Source: Malacoraja senta
Taxonomy: Eukaryota
Assembly: GCA_038087875.1 (NCBI GenBank)
Contig: CM075995.1
Location: 870,001-934,000 of the forward strand
Direction: 5' to 3'
Length of the DNA stretch: 64,000 nucleotides
Positions 23,601 to 35,602 of the stretch are shown piece by piece (position 1 is the stretch's first letter; each line of letters starts with the position of its first letter). Below the pieces are notes generated by a model. The model was given only the letters and a program-made list of their open reading frames with translations. It ran no database searches and had not been told where the DNA came from. Made by a program: the position numbers and the translations under genes.

Positions 23601-26373
23601 GGAAGCCTTGAGGAACCTGCTGCTTGAGCCGTCCCGAGGCGCTTTCGTGAGGTCGCGGGTCCAGATGATGCAAGATCTGGACCGAGCTTCGCCTTTCTTT
23701 TTCTCTCTGGAGAAAGGGCGGGGAGCCCGCAAACAGCTCGTAGAGCTGCTCGCAGATGATGGCTCCTCTGTCACTGATCCGGAAAGGATCAGTGCTGTGG
23801 TCAGGTCCTTTTATGGGTCCCTGTTCTCCGCAGGTGGATTCAGCGGGGAGGCTCAGCAGGACTTGTGGGAGGGTCTACCGACTGTTGATAGGGAGGTGGC
23901 CGATCTTCTTGATGGCCCCTTATCTTTGGAGGAGTTGACTTGTGCATTGTATCAGCTCAGGAAGGGTAAGTCCCCCAGGCTGGATGGGTTGACGGTAGAG
24001 TTTGTCAGAGCTTTCTGGATATCCTGGGGGGTGATTACATGTTGGTTCTGGGGGAGAGTCTGGCGACTGGGGAGATGCCCCTCTCATGGCGCAGGGCAGT
24101 TGTTGTCTTGCTGCCCAAGAAGGGCGAACTCCGCTTGTTGAAGAACTGGAGGCCGGTCTCTCTCCTATGTACAGAGTATAAAGTATTTGCACGGGCAATG
24201 GCAAATCGCCTGGGCTCTATGCTGTCTCAAATGATTCATCCTGACCAGTCCTATACAGTCCCTGGCCGGTCCATTCAGGACAACATCCACCTGGTTAGGG
24301 ACCTGATTCATCTAGCTCAGGGTACTGGTCAGTCAGCTGCTTTTCTGTCTCTTGATCAGGAGAAGGCTTTTGATAGGGTAGAGCATGATTACCTATTCGG
24401 GACGTTGCAAGCGTTTGGAATTGGACCGCATTTTGTGGCCCGGGTCCGGCTTTTGTATGCTGCAGCGGAGTGCCTTGTGAAGGTTAATGGTGCGTTGTTG
24501 GCTCCCTTTCATTTTGGGAGGGGGGTCCGTCAGGGGTGCCCCATGTCGGGTCAGTTGTACTCGGTCTGTGTGGAGCCGTTCCTGTGTCTTCTTTGGAGGA
24601 GGTTGACAGGCCTGGCCGTACCTGGCCCGGGGGTGGAGGTGGTTCTTTCGGCATATGCAGATGATGTACTTCTTATGTTCACTGATCCTGGTGACCTGCG
24701 GAGGATGCGTGACTGCCAGGAGATTTTCTCAGCTGCATCTTCTGCCAGGATTAACTGGAGTAAGTGCTCTGGTCTTTTAGTGGGTCAGTGGCAGGTGGAT
24801 TCCCTGCCGGAGGAGATGGCAAGGTATGTGTGGAGCACCACACATCTCCTCTATCTGGGGGTTTACCTGAGTCCCACTGAGGATGCTTGGCCGGCGAACT
24901 GGCAGGAGTTGGAGACGAAAGTGGTTGCCCAGCTGGGGCGCTGGTCGGGCCTGCTTGGAGTTCTTTCTTTCAGGGGAGGGTGCTGGTCATAAATCAGCTG
25001 GTGGCCTCCATGTTATGGTACCGGCTGGCTACTCTTGTCCCACCTTCCATATTTGTAAATGCTCTACAGAAGAAGCTGGTAGATTTCTTCTGGGGAAATA
25101 GGAAGCACTGGGTCTCTGCAGCGGTCCTGAGTCTCCCGTTAGAGGAGGGCGGTCAGTCCTTGGTGTGCGTGCGTACCCAGGTGGCGGCTCTCCGTCTCAG
25201 GACTCTGCGGAGGTATATGTATGTAGAGAACCCTCCCAGATGGCACGCTCTGGCCACGTACTTTTTTCGTCGGGGTCGTTGCCTAGGGGGGGTCTCGCGG
25301 CTCCCGGTGGCGGGCATCAGTCGAATCGCCCTAAGGGGTTTGCCTGTTTTCTACCGGGATGTGCTCAGAGTGAGGAATTTGGCTGTTTTCAGCCAGCGTG
25401 TTGCTCCACGAGGGGAGGGGGATGTTGCGGCTGCGGGAGTGGCCGGTCCTCGCCCAGTTATGGCGGGTGTCAAGGAGAGGCGCGCGCCTAGAGTGGTTCT
25501 GACTGAGCTTTCACCCGCTCCGTCAGATCTGCTCATCGGGCCTAGGCTCCGGGATATTTCCCGGGCACCGGCTCCACACAACCTGAGCCGCCTTTCTGAG
25601 ATGATCAGCATACGGTTTCGTGATGCGAAGAGACGCACACTGTACCGAATGTTCCTGCACATTCTGCACCTCCTTGCCTTCGTTTCCCATCCTGACACAC
25701 CATGGCGGACGGTGTTACTACCTGAAGGTGGGGGAGGTCCCCAGTGGGGGTCCTTCTATAAGGGAGTTGTCCCCCTTTACATTGGGGACCTGGGGTGGAG
25801 ACTGTTGCACGGAGCGGTGGTTTGTAATAAACTTTTGAGTAGGTTCACGGGCTCGTCCGCCATGTGTATTTTCTGTGGCGAGGAAGAGACTCCACGTGTA
25901 AATGGAGTGTGCGAGGCTACTGCCCCAGTACCAATATCTGAAGGGGTTGTTCCTTAAGTTCTGGTTGCATTTTAGTCCCACGATTCTAGTGTTTGGGCAC
26001 AAGGCAGGGTGTGGGGAGAGCCAAGTGGGGGGTGGGACCTCCTGGCGGTTTGCTCCTGGGCTTGGCCAAGATGGCCATTCGCGGGTCCAGGCAGCAGGCG
26101 GTCGATGGTGAGGCTAGAGTTGGCTGCCTGCCCCTCTTCAGGGCGTACGTCCGTGCACGGGTGTCCCTGGAGAGGGAACACACGGTGTCCACGGGGACTC
26201 TGGAGGCCTTCCGTGGGCGCTGGTCACCATGTGGGGTTGAGAGTATCATAAATAATGAATGTACTGTTGTACTATAATGATTTGTTTTGATATAATGTAT
26301 CTTTTGATTATGTTTTGATGTGTTATATCATTTCATTGTGTCGAATAAAGTTTTTGAAAAGGAAAAAAAAAAA
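20697..26373 (+). mobile_element. Tx1-clade non-LTR retrotransposon, 5'-truncated in ORF1, ORF2 complete but frameshifted
   Basis: ORF1 zinc knuckle CHACGEFGH; ORF2 from about 22580 has APE endonuclease (TLNLNG, LQETH, NVYAP, GGDFN, SRIDRIY, SDH), RT (NWRPVSLL, LDQEKAFD, GVRQGCP, YADD) and a C-terminal CxxC; aataaa at 26344 then poly(A). Confidence 0.92.
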
Positions 26374-27231
26374 GAAGAGAGAGAGAGAGAGGGAGGTTGA
26401 GCAACGATGCTTTAGGTTTGAGTTGTTCCGACACGATTCAGCAATTTAGCCTTCAGCAAAGAAGCTATTTATTTTATAGATCAAACAAATATTATCGCAG
26501 CTACAATCACACTTAGCTGAAGGTTCCTGCAGAATGACTACAAGACAGATGAGAGATTTATCTACTGAATCAGAACTAGGTTGGAAGCAACCAAATAAGG
26601 AAATGAGTGAAAAAAGAAAAGCAAACCTTCAGCTTGATGAAGGGAACAAGCTGTATATTAGAAGAGATTATTTGTAGATTTAAGCAGTCGAACAAGAAAA
26701 ATGCATGTCTATTTTTATTGTGCTCTCTCTTCTGAAAATGTTCTGCTTTTTAAATTCTTTGAATGTGGAAAGAATTGAAAACATTAAAATGCGAATCATA
26801 AAAAAAAATTTTTTAAAAGAGAGAGTTTTCATAAACTGACAAAAACATAAATAAACTTTTGATAAACTAACAAAAATAAACATAAACATACTTGCATTTT
26901 TTAAATTCATATAACATCCCTAAATGATGTGTAAATAATGTGGGTGAATGAGGGACTGTATCTGCACGCCAGGAAGCACAGACAGGACTGATGGAGACCG
27001 TGCATGCGTCTATACTTGAGTGAGTCACTAGATGATACACAAATCCGTCACGTACAGTTCCTGTTCACTGACCACTAAAGGCCGTTTCACACTGGCGCTG
27101 TATAGACGTCGCTAAATATGCTAAATAGACGTCGCTAAATATGCCGTACGTGTAGAATAAAATTACGAATATGAAATTAAACACAAAAATGACTCAAAAA
27201 TGCATTTACAAATGATTAGCCTATTTATCAC

Positions 27232-28137
27232 GGTAGACAAAAGTGCTGGAGAAACTCAGCAGCATCTATGGAGCGAAGGAAATAGGCAACGTTTCGGGCC
27301 AAAACCCTTCTTCAGACTGATGTAGGGTGGGGGGGGCGGGAGAAGATAGAGAAAGGAAGAGGAGGAGCCCAAGGGCTGAGGGAGAGCTGAGAAGGGGAGG
27401 AGACAGCAAGGGCTACCGGAAATTGGAGGTCAATGTTTATGCCGCTTGGGTGCAGACTGCCCAAGCGGAATATGAGGTGCTGCTCCTCCAATTTCCGGTG
27501 GTGCTCACTCTGGCCATGGAGGAGGCCCAGGACAGAAAGGTCAGATTCGGAATGGGAGGGGGAGTTGAAGTGCTGAGCCACAGGGAGATCAGGTTGGTTA
27601 ATGCGGACCGAGCGGGGGTGTTCGGCGAAACGATCGCCAAACCTACGCTTGGTCTCTCCGATGTAGATCAGCTGACATCTAGAGCAGCGGATGCAATAGA
27701 TGAGGTTGGAGGAGATGCAGGTGAACCTCTGTCGCACCTGGAACGACTGCTTGGGTCCTTGAATGGAGTCGAGGGGGGTGGTAAAGCGACAAGTGTAGCA
27801 TCTCTTGCGGTTGCAAGGGAAAGTGCCCGGGGAGGGGGTGGTGCGGGAGGGAAGGGAAGAATTGACCAGGGAGTTATGGAGGGAGCGGTCTTTTCGGAAA
27901 GCAGACGGGGGGGGGGGGGGGGAGATGGTAAGATGTGGCGAGTGGTGGGGTCACGTTGGAGGTGGCGAACATGACGGATGACTACGCCGCATCTGCTCCC
28001 AGGCATTGGAAATGTCCTCATTCTTCAGGGAACGGGGGTTCCCCTCCCCCACTATAGATGAGGCTCTCACCAGGGTCTGTTCAATACCCCGTATCACTGC
28101 TCTCTCTCCCCAACCCCCCACTCGTAAACTGCCACCA
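27232..28137 (-). mobile_element. Penelope-like element 3' portion (GIY-YIG endonuclease), terminal hammerhead unit and inverted upstream segment
   Basis: SNLIYCIRCSRCQLIYIGETKRR..RFAEH GIY-YIG motif; 14-bp TSD agcctatttatcac at 27218-27231 and 28138-28151. Confidence 0.88.
27287..27316 (-). ncRNA. Hammerhead core at the 3' end of a Penelope-like ORF
   Basis: Minus strand CTGAAGA-a-GGGTT-tt-GGCCC-GAAAC-GTT; stem II retained through G-U pairs. Confidence 0.6.
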
Positions 28138-30257
28138 AGCCTATTTATCACTATTTCTCTCGGAACCCCTAGCGACCTCTCACGGATCCCCAGCGTTCCG
28201 GGGAACCCCGGTTGAGAAACATTGGTGTAGAGAGTGGATGAGAAAGTGGAATCTGTGGAATTCTTTGCCACAGAATGCTGTGGTGGCGAAGCCAATTGAT
28301 GTTTTTAAGGCAGAGACAGATTGATTCTTGATTAGTACGGGTGTCAGAGGTTATGGGGAGAAGGCAGGGGAATGGGGTTGAGAGGGAGAGATAGATCAGC
28401 CCTGATTGAATGGTGGAGTAGACGATGGGCCGAATGGCCTAATTGTGCTCCTATAACTTATGAAGTTATGATAACATAGAACTGGTGTAAACGGGTGATC
28501 AATGATTGACGAACTCAGTTGGATGAAGGGCCTGTTTCCATGCTCTAAACTAAACTGAACTGAACTAAACAGAGTGGAAGCTGGAACTCTGCTATTAATC
28601 CTCTTTTATAAATCTGAACAGCCTCATTCTAAGATTTAATCAACGGCAGTCTTAGCAGCAAATGAAGGCCAAGCTTTCTAAAGCACCATCAATTGATACT
28701 ATTGGCAAAACTGCTGCAATTTACCATTCGGTTTCCCTGTATGCACAGGCCCATCATCTAGGCCAGTTCTCTGTGAATGTTCTTCCTCATGTAATTATGA
28801 ATGATATTATTAAATTGAAATCTGACAACATAGTTTTATGTCTTTGGATAGTAGACCGGAGGCAGTGACTAATGAATGGGAGTATAGATTTGAATACCAC
28901 CTGGGAGCTAAGGTGTCTAAATTCAGTAATTTGAAGGAAATTTGCTACCAGCTGGTCGATGCCCACGAACATGGCTGACTCTTTACTGCCATTAAGTCAT
29001 TCAATTCAGGAGTGATTCGGTAGATATAAGGAACTGCAATGCAGGAATCTTGATCAAAAACACACAAAGTGCTAGAGTAACTCATCGGGTCAGGCGGCAT
29101 CTTTGGAGAGCATGGTTTGCTGGCGTTTCAGGTTGGGACACTTCTTCAGTCCAGTACTTTGTGTTTATATCGCAATGGCTACAATCTATGAATGAGTACA
29201 AATTACCTGCCTTTAAAATAAACTATTCATGTTTCCATTTTTGTCATAGTCATAGAGTGAGACAGAGTGGAAACAGGCCCTTCGGCCCAACTTGCCCACA
29301 CCGGGTTACAGTTACACTTAGTCCCATCTGCCGGCACTTGGTCCATATCCCTCCAAACCTATCCTATCCATGTATCTGTCCAACTGTTTCTTAAACATTG
29401 GCTTAGTTCCACCCTCAACTACCTCCGCTGACAGCTTGTTCCATACACCCACCACCCTTTATGTGAAAAGGTTACCCCTCAGATTCCTATTAAATCTTTT
29501 CCCCTTCACATTGAACCTGTCGAGGATATTCAACCTGTTGCATTTTCAGCCCACTAATTGTTATCTAATCCCCACTGATTCTGAATTACTGTGCAAGTTG
29601 GGTAGCACCAACATTAAATGTCACTACCAATAGAAAATATGAGAAATACTTTTTTTGCAGCCATCATTTGAAAAGATGTCCTTGGTTAAGGCTCCAGCAG
29701 TACAGGCAATCACCAAAGCTGGTTGCTTGATATATTTCCAAAGGATTTTTGAAACGTGCCTTTATATACAAGGCCTAAATATTCTAACGTGAACCTCATG
29801 TACAAACTCTAAATTAACTGGTTTCCAAAAATAGTCACAACTCAACTAGGCACCACAAAATTGTTTGATGTATTGTAACATATGTTAACTGCAATACTTT
29901 AGGTGCCACAAATGTTCCAATGTCCAGTGGGATTCATATTAATGTCATTATTGTAAAGTGCTATCTCCGTTAATATACCACGTCCCCTGCACATTGTTAT
30001 CCATGCTGGTTTCATCTCATTTATTTAAAACAAATACAAAGCAAAATGGTGATTAAAAATACACCGAGGAATACAGAATTTTAAGTCTTTGTATTTTGTA
30101 TTAGAATTTTTATTTTATGTGTTAAATAATATTTAAGTATGAAGAATCATTCCTTGCTTCACGCAGAATTGCAAGCATCCACTGCACAGCTGTTTCCTCT
30201 TCAATCGTTTGGAGAAATAGGAATGCGAATGAAATTCCAACATTCATTAAAGTATGG

Positions 30258-30560
30258 GGCAGCACGGTGGCGCAGCTGTAGAGTTGCTGCCTTACAGCAC
30301 CACAGTCCGATCCCTGACTACGGGTTCCGTCTGTGCGGAGTTTGTACGTTCTCCCTGTGACCACGTGGGTTTTCTCCAGGCGCTCCGGTTTCCTCCCACA
30401 CTCCAAAGATGTACAGGTTTGTAGGTTAATTGGCTTCGGAAAAAATTGTAAATTGTCTCCAGTGTGTAGGATAGTGCGAGTGTATGGGAATCACTGGTCA
30501 GCGTGGAATTGGTGGGCCGAAGGGCCTGCTACCATGATGTATCTCTAAAGTCTAAAGTTA
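30258..30560 (+). mobile_element. HE1-type SINE
   Basis: A box-like head, conserved core, tctaaag tail. Confidence 0.8.
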
Positions 30561-31919
30561 AAAAAAAACTGAGGACAAACAAATATATTTATCGCTTGAG
30601 GTTTCTTTTTTTTTTTTTTAAAAGGCTGAGATCTCATCCCTTCAAGGATTTATGTGAGAGTTGCATTTTCTATTATATTCTCCGCAAACTGAGGGTTGAC
30701 ATATTCTTTCTGGATGTGGATGGTGGACTATGAAGGGGAGGATCAGTACCTGTGAGTGGGCTGTGAGCTCACCTCCTGCGCCCTTTCGAGGTCGACTAAG
30801 GTGAGGCGCACGAAAGTGGATGGGTCCCTGCGGGAGGCGATAATGGTGCGTTTGCAGTGCGGTGTCGGTGCAGTGGGCCGCTGGAGGCTCCACTGCAGCT
30901 GAGGGATCAAAAGCCGCTGGCAGCCTCCCAGAAGTCGGACGAGGTGCAGATGGGGCGCAGCCTGCAGCAACTGCATGGAGCGGCGGAGTGGCGGTGGAAG
31001 GTACCCACAGCATCGCCAGACCTGGCTGACCCATACATCTCTGCTCCAGTGCCACAGCCAGGATAACGGGCCTTTAGTCAAGATGAAACTCAATATTTAT
31101 AAGAACTGAGTCACAGTTTGGAAACATGCCATTTGGCCCAACTTGCCCACACCGGGAAACATGTCCCAGCTACACTTGTCCCACCTGCCTGCATTTGGTC
31201 GATATCCCTCCAAACCTGATAGGTGAAAGCTACAAGATAGCACCTGAAACATGGTGACTCTTGGTGTACTGCCTCAGAAGAAATCTACTACATTTTACAC
31301 CACAATCGGTGCAATGGTATATGGACACACTGATCTGTTTTGTAGTCAATGCCCAATATGTTCTGTTGCGCTGAAGCAAAGCAAGAATTTCATTGTCCTA
31401 TCAGGGACACGACAATAAACTCACTTGAACTTGAACTTGAACACTTTTACTTATGTATGATTGTGCTTATGTACAGTATGATTTTACTGGATTACATGGA
31501 ACACAAATCAATTCAATGTAACTAGGTACGCACAACAATAACCTAACTATTGAACATCTTGTCGATGAATAATATGTTGATATTGTTGAGTTCCAATTGG
31601 ACTTCTGTGTTTTCTAAATTCACATTACAGAATATTTACTTGGGAATACATCTAATTTCTGAATAATAACTCTAATTACGAAAGTGAATAAAATATAGCA
31701 ATTAGAATCAAATTGCTATTTTAAAGAATTTGCCACCATGTTGTTATCCTGCATTGGACAATTAAAACTTCTGCACGTTCCTTCCCCTGTGAAATCAAAT
31801 TCAACCACCACACCAACCTTGGCAGAGAAAATGTAAAAATAAAGTTGCTTTTCTCGGAGCACTCTCCCAGCATTGGCATGTTTCTTGCAATAATATCAGG
31901 AACAATTTTAATTTTCATC

Positions 31920-32161
31920 TTGGTGATTTTTGGCGATTTTTTTGCTTACTGCCAGCATCATTGACTGAAGTATCAGGGCACCGAAAAATTTGCGGCGTGA
32001 TGCGGCGGTGACATGGCATGATGACGTATGAAGCGCGGTGTTTTTTCAAGTGTCGCAACATTTTTTAATCGCCACTGGATTTTGAAATGTTCAAAATCTT
32101 TTGGCGACACTGATATGACGCCGGCAGTTGCCGGAAAAAATCGGCAAGTGGGACAGGCCCT
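31920..32161. mobile_element. Truncated Harbinger-type MITE (right TIR only)
   Basis: Ends aagtgggacaggccct followed by taa; CpG-rich body. Confidence 0.6.
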
Positions 32162-32327
32162 TAAAACGTAGAGCCTAATACTCTCAGCCATGTTCTTCCT
32201 TCACTCTTAATCTAGTTGTAAATTGTTCTTCAAATCATGCTCTTTCTGGGGAGTCAAACTTCTTCTCTGGAATTCAGAGATGGAGCATCATCATTTATTA
32301 TCTGTACATTTTTCATCTTAATTCAAA

Positions 32328-32433
32328 TTACCTGTTCTTCATTGTTTGTCGATGTTGCAGTTGCATTGTCAACGCTCTGCTCGCTTGACTTATTTCTTTG
32401 GGATAATGGCTCTTCTTCAAAGGTTTCGGCTGC
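32328..32433 (-). CDS. EGF: Probable pro-EGF cytoplasmic exon; either terminal (TAA at 32328-32330) or spliced at 32332
   Basis: ttttgtttactag| acceptor, phase-2 compatible; (R)QPKPLKKSHYPKEISQASRALTMQLQHRQTMKNR*; basic juxtamembrane stretch; AG|gtaatt donor overlaps the stop. Confidence 0.65.
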
Positions 32434-32595
32434 CTAGTAAACAAAAGCTTGTTGTCATGCTCCAAGCCCCATGCACAATTAGCAGTCATATGACTGAGGT
32501 GTTTGCAATGTTAAAAGGGAAGTGACAGAAGGAACGCTATCTCCCCCAGAATCGAGACTGAGGGACAATCGTCAAATAAATAGGAGATAGTTAAA

Positions 32596-33232
32596 GTGTC
32601 TCGGACATGGTGGCAAGCAACACAGGGGCCCCACAGGGGGACGGTTTTCCTGTTCACCATCTACACCTCGGACTTCAGATATAACTCAGACTCCTGCCAC
32701 CTGCAGAAGTTTTCGGATGACTCTGCAATTGTGGGCTGCATCAGTGAGGGGAGGGAAGCTGAATACAGAGGTGCAGTCCACGACTTTGTTGAGTGGTGTG
32801 GGCTGAATCACCTGCAGCTCAACACTGACAAGACTAAGGAGTTAGTGGTGCACTTTAGCAGGAGAGGAACACTCCTCAAACTGAGGAGCATCCTGGACAA
32901 TACAGCTCACCCCCTCCATGACACACTGGCCAACCTGAGGAGCACCTTCAACAACAGACTGGTTCCACCAAGATGCAGCACAGAACGCCACAGGAGATCC
33001 TTCTTCCCTGTGGCTATCAGACTGGACAACTCCTTCCCCTTCTGTCATGGAGTAGACCGAGTGACTACCCCCCCCCCCCCCCCCAATCCAAATAATTGCA
33101 CATCCCCAATCCTTTCCACTCGTCACTTTAATTTCCTGTTTTATGTATTCAGTGTTTTTATGACTGCCGGCAAATCAATTTCCCTCCTGGGATAAATTAA
33201 GTTCTATTGTATCATATCGCATCGTATCGCAT
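32596..33232 (+). mobile_element. Rex1/Babar-type LINE, internally deleted 3' fragment
   Basis: LFTIYTSD..HLQKFSDDSAIVG..FVEWCGLNHLQLNTDKTKELVV..TERHRRSFFPVAIRL; (atcgc)n tail. Confidence 0.8.
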
Positions 33233-35068
33233 GAATTCAGCAAGCACTTTCTCACACCAAGGACAGGTAACAACACTTCTTAGCCTAATGGGGCTGAGAA
33301 TAATGTGTCAAATGAAACAATCAAAACTAACTGCATCTTTTTATGTCAAACCATTTACTCATTATCCAACCACATGAATTAAGGGCAGCAACCTGTTGAT
33401 ATTTTGTGTCATCTTCTGGAACAAAGCACAAAGACACTGAGTGTATTAAGGAGCAGGATTGGATTCCTGAGATTGGGAATAGGGAATTTGCAATCCTAGA
33501 GGGATGCTCAGTTGCTGAGTTTATTAAAGTCGATGGCAATGATGGCTAATTGAGAGCATTTTAGACATAAAGACTTCACCTTCCCCCATCTCTGGAATCT
33601 CTACACCATGCAGTGACTGGGATGTCAGCCTTCCTCTACAAGTACACATCCTGCATTTCAGTACAGTGGCACTGACTATACCCCAGGCTTCTGAATATCA
33701 TATTTAATTTCATCATCTCTCTATTCTCCCTTTTAGTTTAGGTTAGTTTCAACATGCAGCAAAGAAACATGTCCTTAGGCCCAACGAGTCCATGCCGAAC
33801 ATTGATCACCCATTCACATTAGTTCTATGCTATCCCACTTTCTCATCCACTCCCCACACACTCGGGGGGCAATTTTACACTAGTCAATGAACCTGCACAT
33901 TGTGATGTGGGAGGAAACCAGAGCTCCAGGCGGAAACCCACGTGGTCACGGGGAGAATGTGCAAATTCCATACAGACAGCAGCCGAGGCCAGGATCAAAC
34001 ACAGGATTCTGGTGTTCTGAGGCAGCAACTCGCTTTCTTCCTTTAGTTTAGTTTAGTTTAGTTTTGGAGATAGCAACTCTACTGCTGCACCACCGTGGTG
34101 CCCTTTGTTATATTCATTGAAACCTCCCTCAGACAGAGCATTTGGTAATCTACCCTAATATTTCCCTTTTTTTGGCTTATGTGTGGACCATGGGTTTCTG
34201 GTCGAAGCCTGGAGGGAGACTTGAACTCCTAAGAAATTCCTAAGGAATTTTAGACTCTTAAATACATACCTACCCTGATTTAGCAGTGCTGTGCAGCCCT
34301 ATTCTATTGCTGGGTGGCACTGCACAAATCACTCCTATCAATGAAAAAAATGCAGATGCTGATAATCTAAAACAAAAACAGAAATTGCTCAAAATACTCA
34401 TCAAGATTAGGCCGCACCTGTGGGGAAAGAAGCAGAGTCTATGTTTCAGACTCACGGCTAATGTTCTGATAACAATGAACCAATATAAAACTGTGTTAAA
34501 TATAATGAAGACACAATGAAGGTGGTTTGATGCTGCTTTACAAAAAAATGCAAAGTGCTGGAGTAATTCTGCAGGTTAGGCTGCAACCTGGATTGGTGAC
34601 GTTTCAGTTGAGACCTTTTTCTGACCATGATTTCACCGTATCATCTCTAATCTTTGTTCACCCATCTTATAATCAACATGCATCCACCTAGCACTTGATA
34701 AGCTTTGTCCCGTCCCCACCTCTTTCCAGCCTTTTTTCCCATAATACAATCAGAGGCTCGACCCAAAACGTTACCTATCCATATCCTCCAGAGATGCTGC
34801 CTGACAGAGGGATTTACACTGCCTCAAAATGGCAGCCAGCATCATCAGAGACCCACACCACCCTGGTCACACACTCATTTCATTCCTGCCATCGGGAAGC
34901 AGGTACAGGAGCCTGAAAACTGTAACGTCCGGGTTCAGGAACAGCTTCTTCCCTGAACCAATCAGGCTCTTAAACACTGCAACCTCCAGATAAGCTCTGA
35001 ACTACATAGATTTGAGGGCATTGGTTTTGTCTTATTGCACTATTACCGTTTGTTTGTTTGTTTGTTTT

Positions 35069-35266
35069 ATGTGTGCGTAAGTGTATATATATATATATAA
35101 TATCTATATGTGTGTATATGTGTGTGTGTATGTATGTGTGTGTATGTGTGTGTGTATATGTGTGTGTGTATGTATGTGTGTGTGTGTGTACGTGTGTGTG
35201 TGTATATGTATGCGTGTGTGTGTATATGTATGTGTGTGTGTATGTGTATGTGTGTATATATATGTA
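35069..35266. repeat. Imperfect (GT/AT)n microsatellite in a Rex-type 3' tail
   Basis: Directly visible. Confidence 0.93.
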
Positions 35267-35437
35267 TACAACTTTTCGTTTATTATATTGTTTACAGTGT
35301 ACTATGTTTACATATTCTGTTGTGCTGCTGCAATTAAGAATTTTATTTGTTCTGTTTGGGACATACGAACAATAAAACACTCTTGACTCATGACACACAT
35401 AATTGGGGCAGTTGTTGTATTCCCCATTTACACTCAC

Positions 35438-35602
35438 CTCATGCAGTACATTACACAAGCTCCCACTGACAGCAGGCAGATTAGCAACATTACACAGACA
35501 GTTATAACCACATTACGCTTCTTCTCTTCCTCGACATGGCGCAGTTCCCACCACTGTAGGTCACTGTACCCACACCGCTCTCCCACGTAACCTTTCGGAC
35601 AG
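35438..35602 (-). CDS. EGF: Pro-EGF exon: C-terminal part of mature EGF plus transmembrane helix
   Basis: tttaacag|...AG|gtgagt; 165 nt, phase 2-2; CPKGYVGERCGYSDLQWWELRHVEEEKKRNVVITVCVMLLICLLSVGACVMYCM(R); DLxWWELRH is diagnostic of EGF. Confidence 0.96.

Larger units (their letters stand above)
19185..28224. mobile_element. hAT/Charlie-type non-autonomous DNA transposon expanded to about 9 kb by nested insertions
   Basis: TIRs cagcatttctcaacc (19185) and ggttgagaaacattg (28224); identical 8-bp TSD gtgtagag at 19177-19184 and 28225-28232; the host SINE reads through when the element is removed. Confidence 0.85.

Noticed and set aside
30122..30250. Minus-strand open stretch as a further EGF tail exon
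   Set aside because: No convincing acceptor and no similarity to EGF that I can recognise
34970..35386. Overlapping Cys/Val/Tyr and His/Thr ORFs
   Set aside because: Microsatellite artefacts; the same applies to 42507-42976
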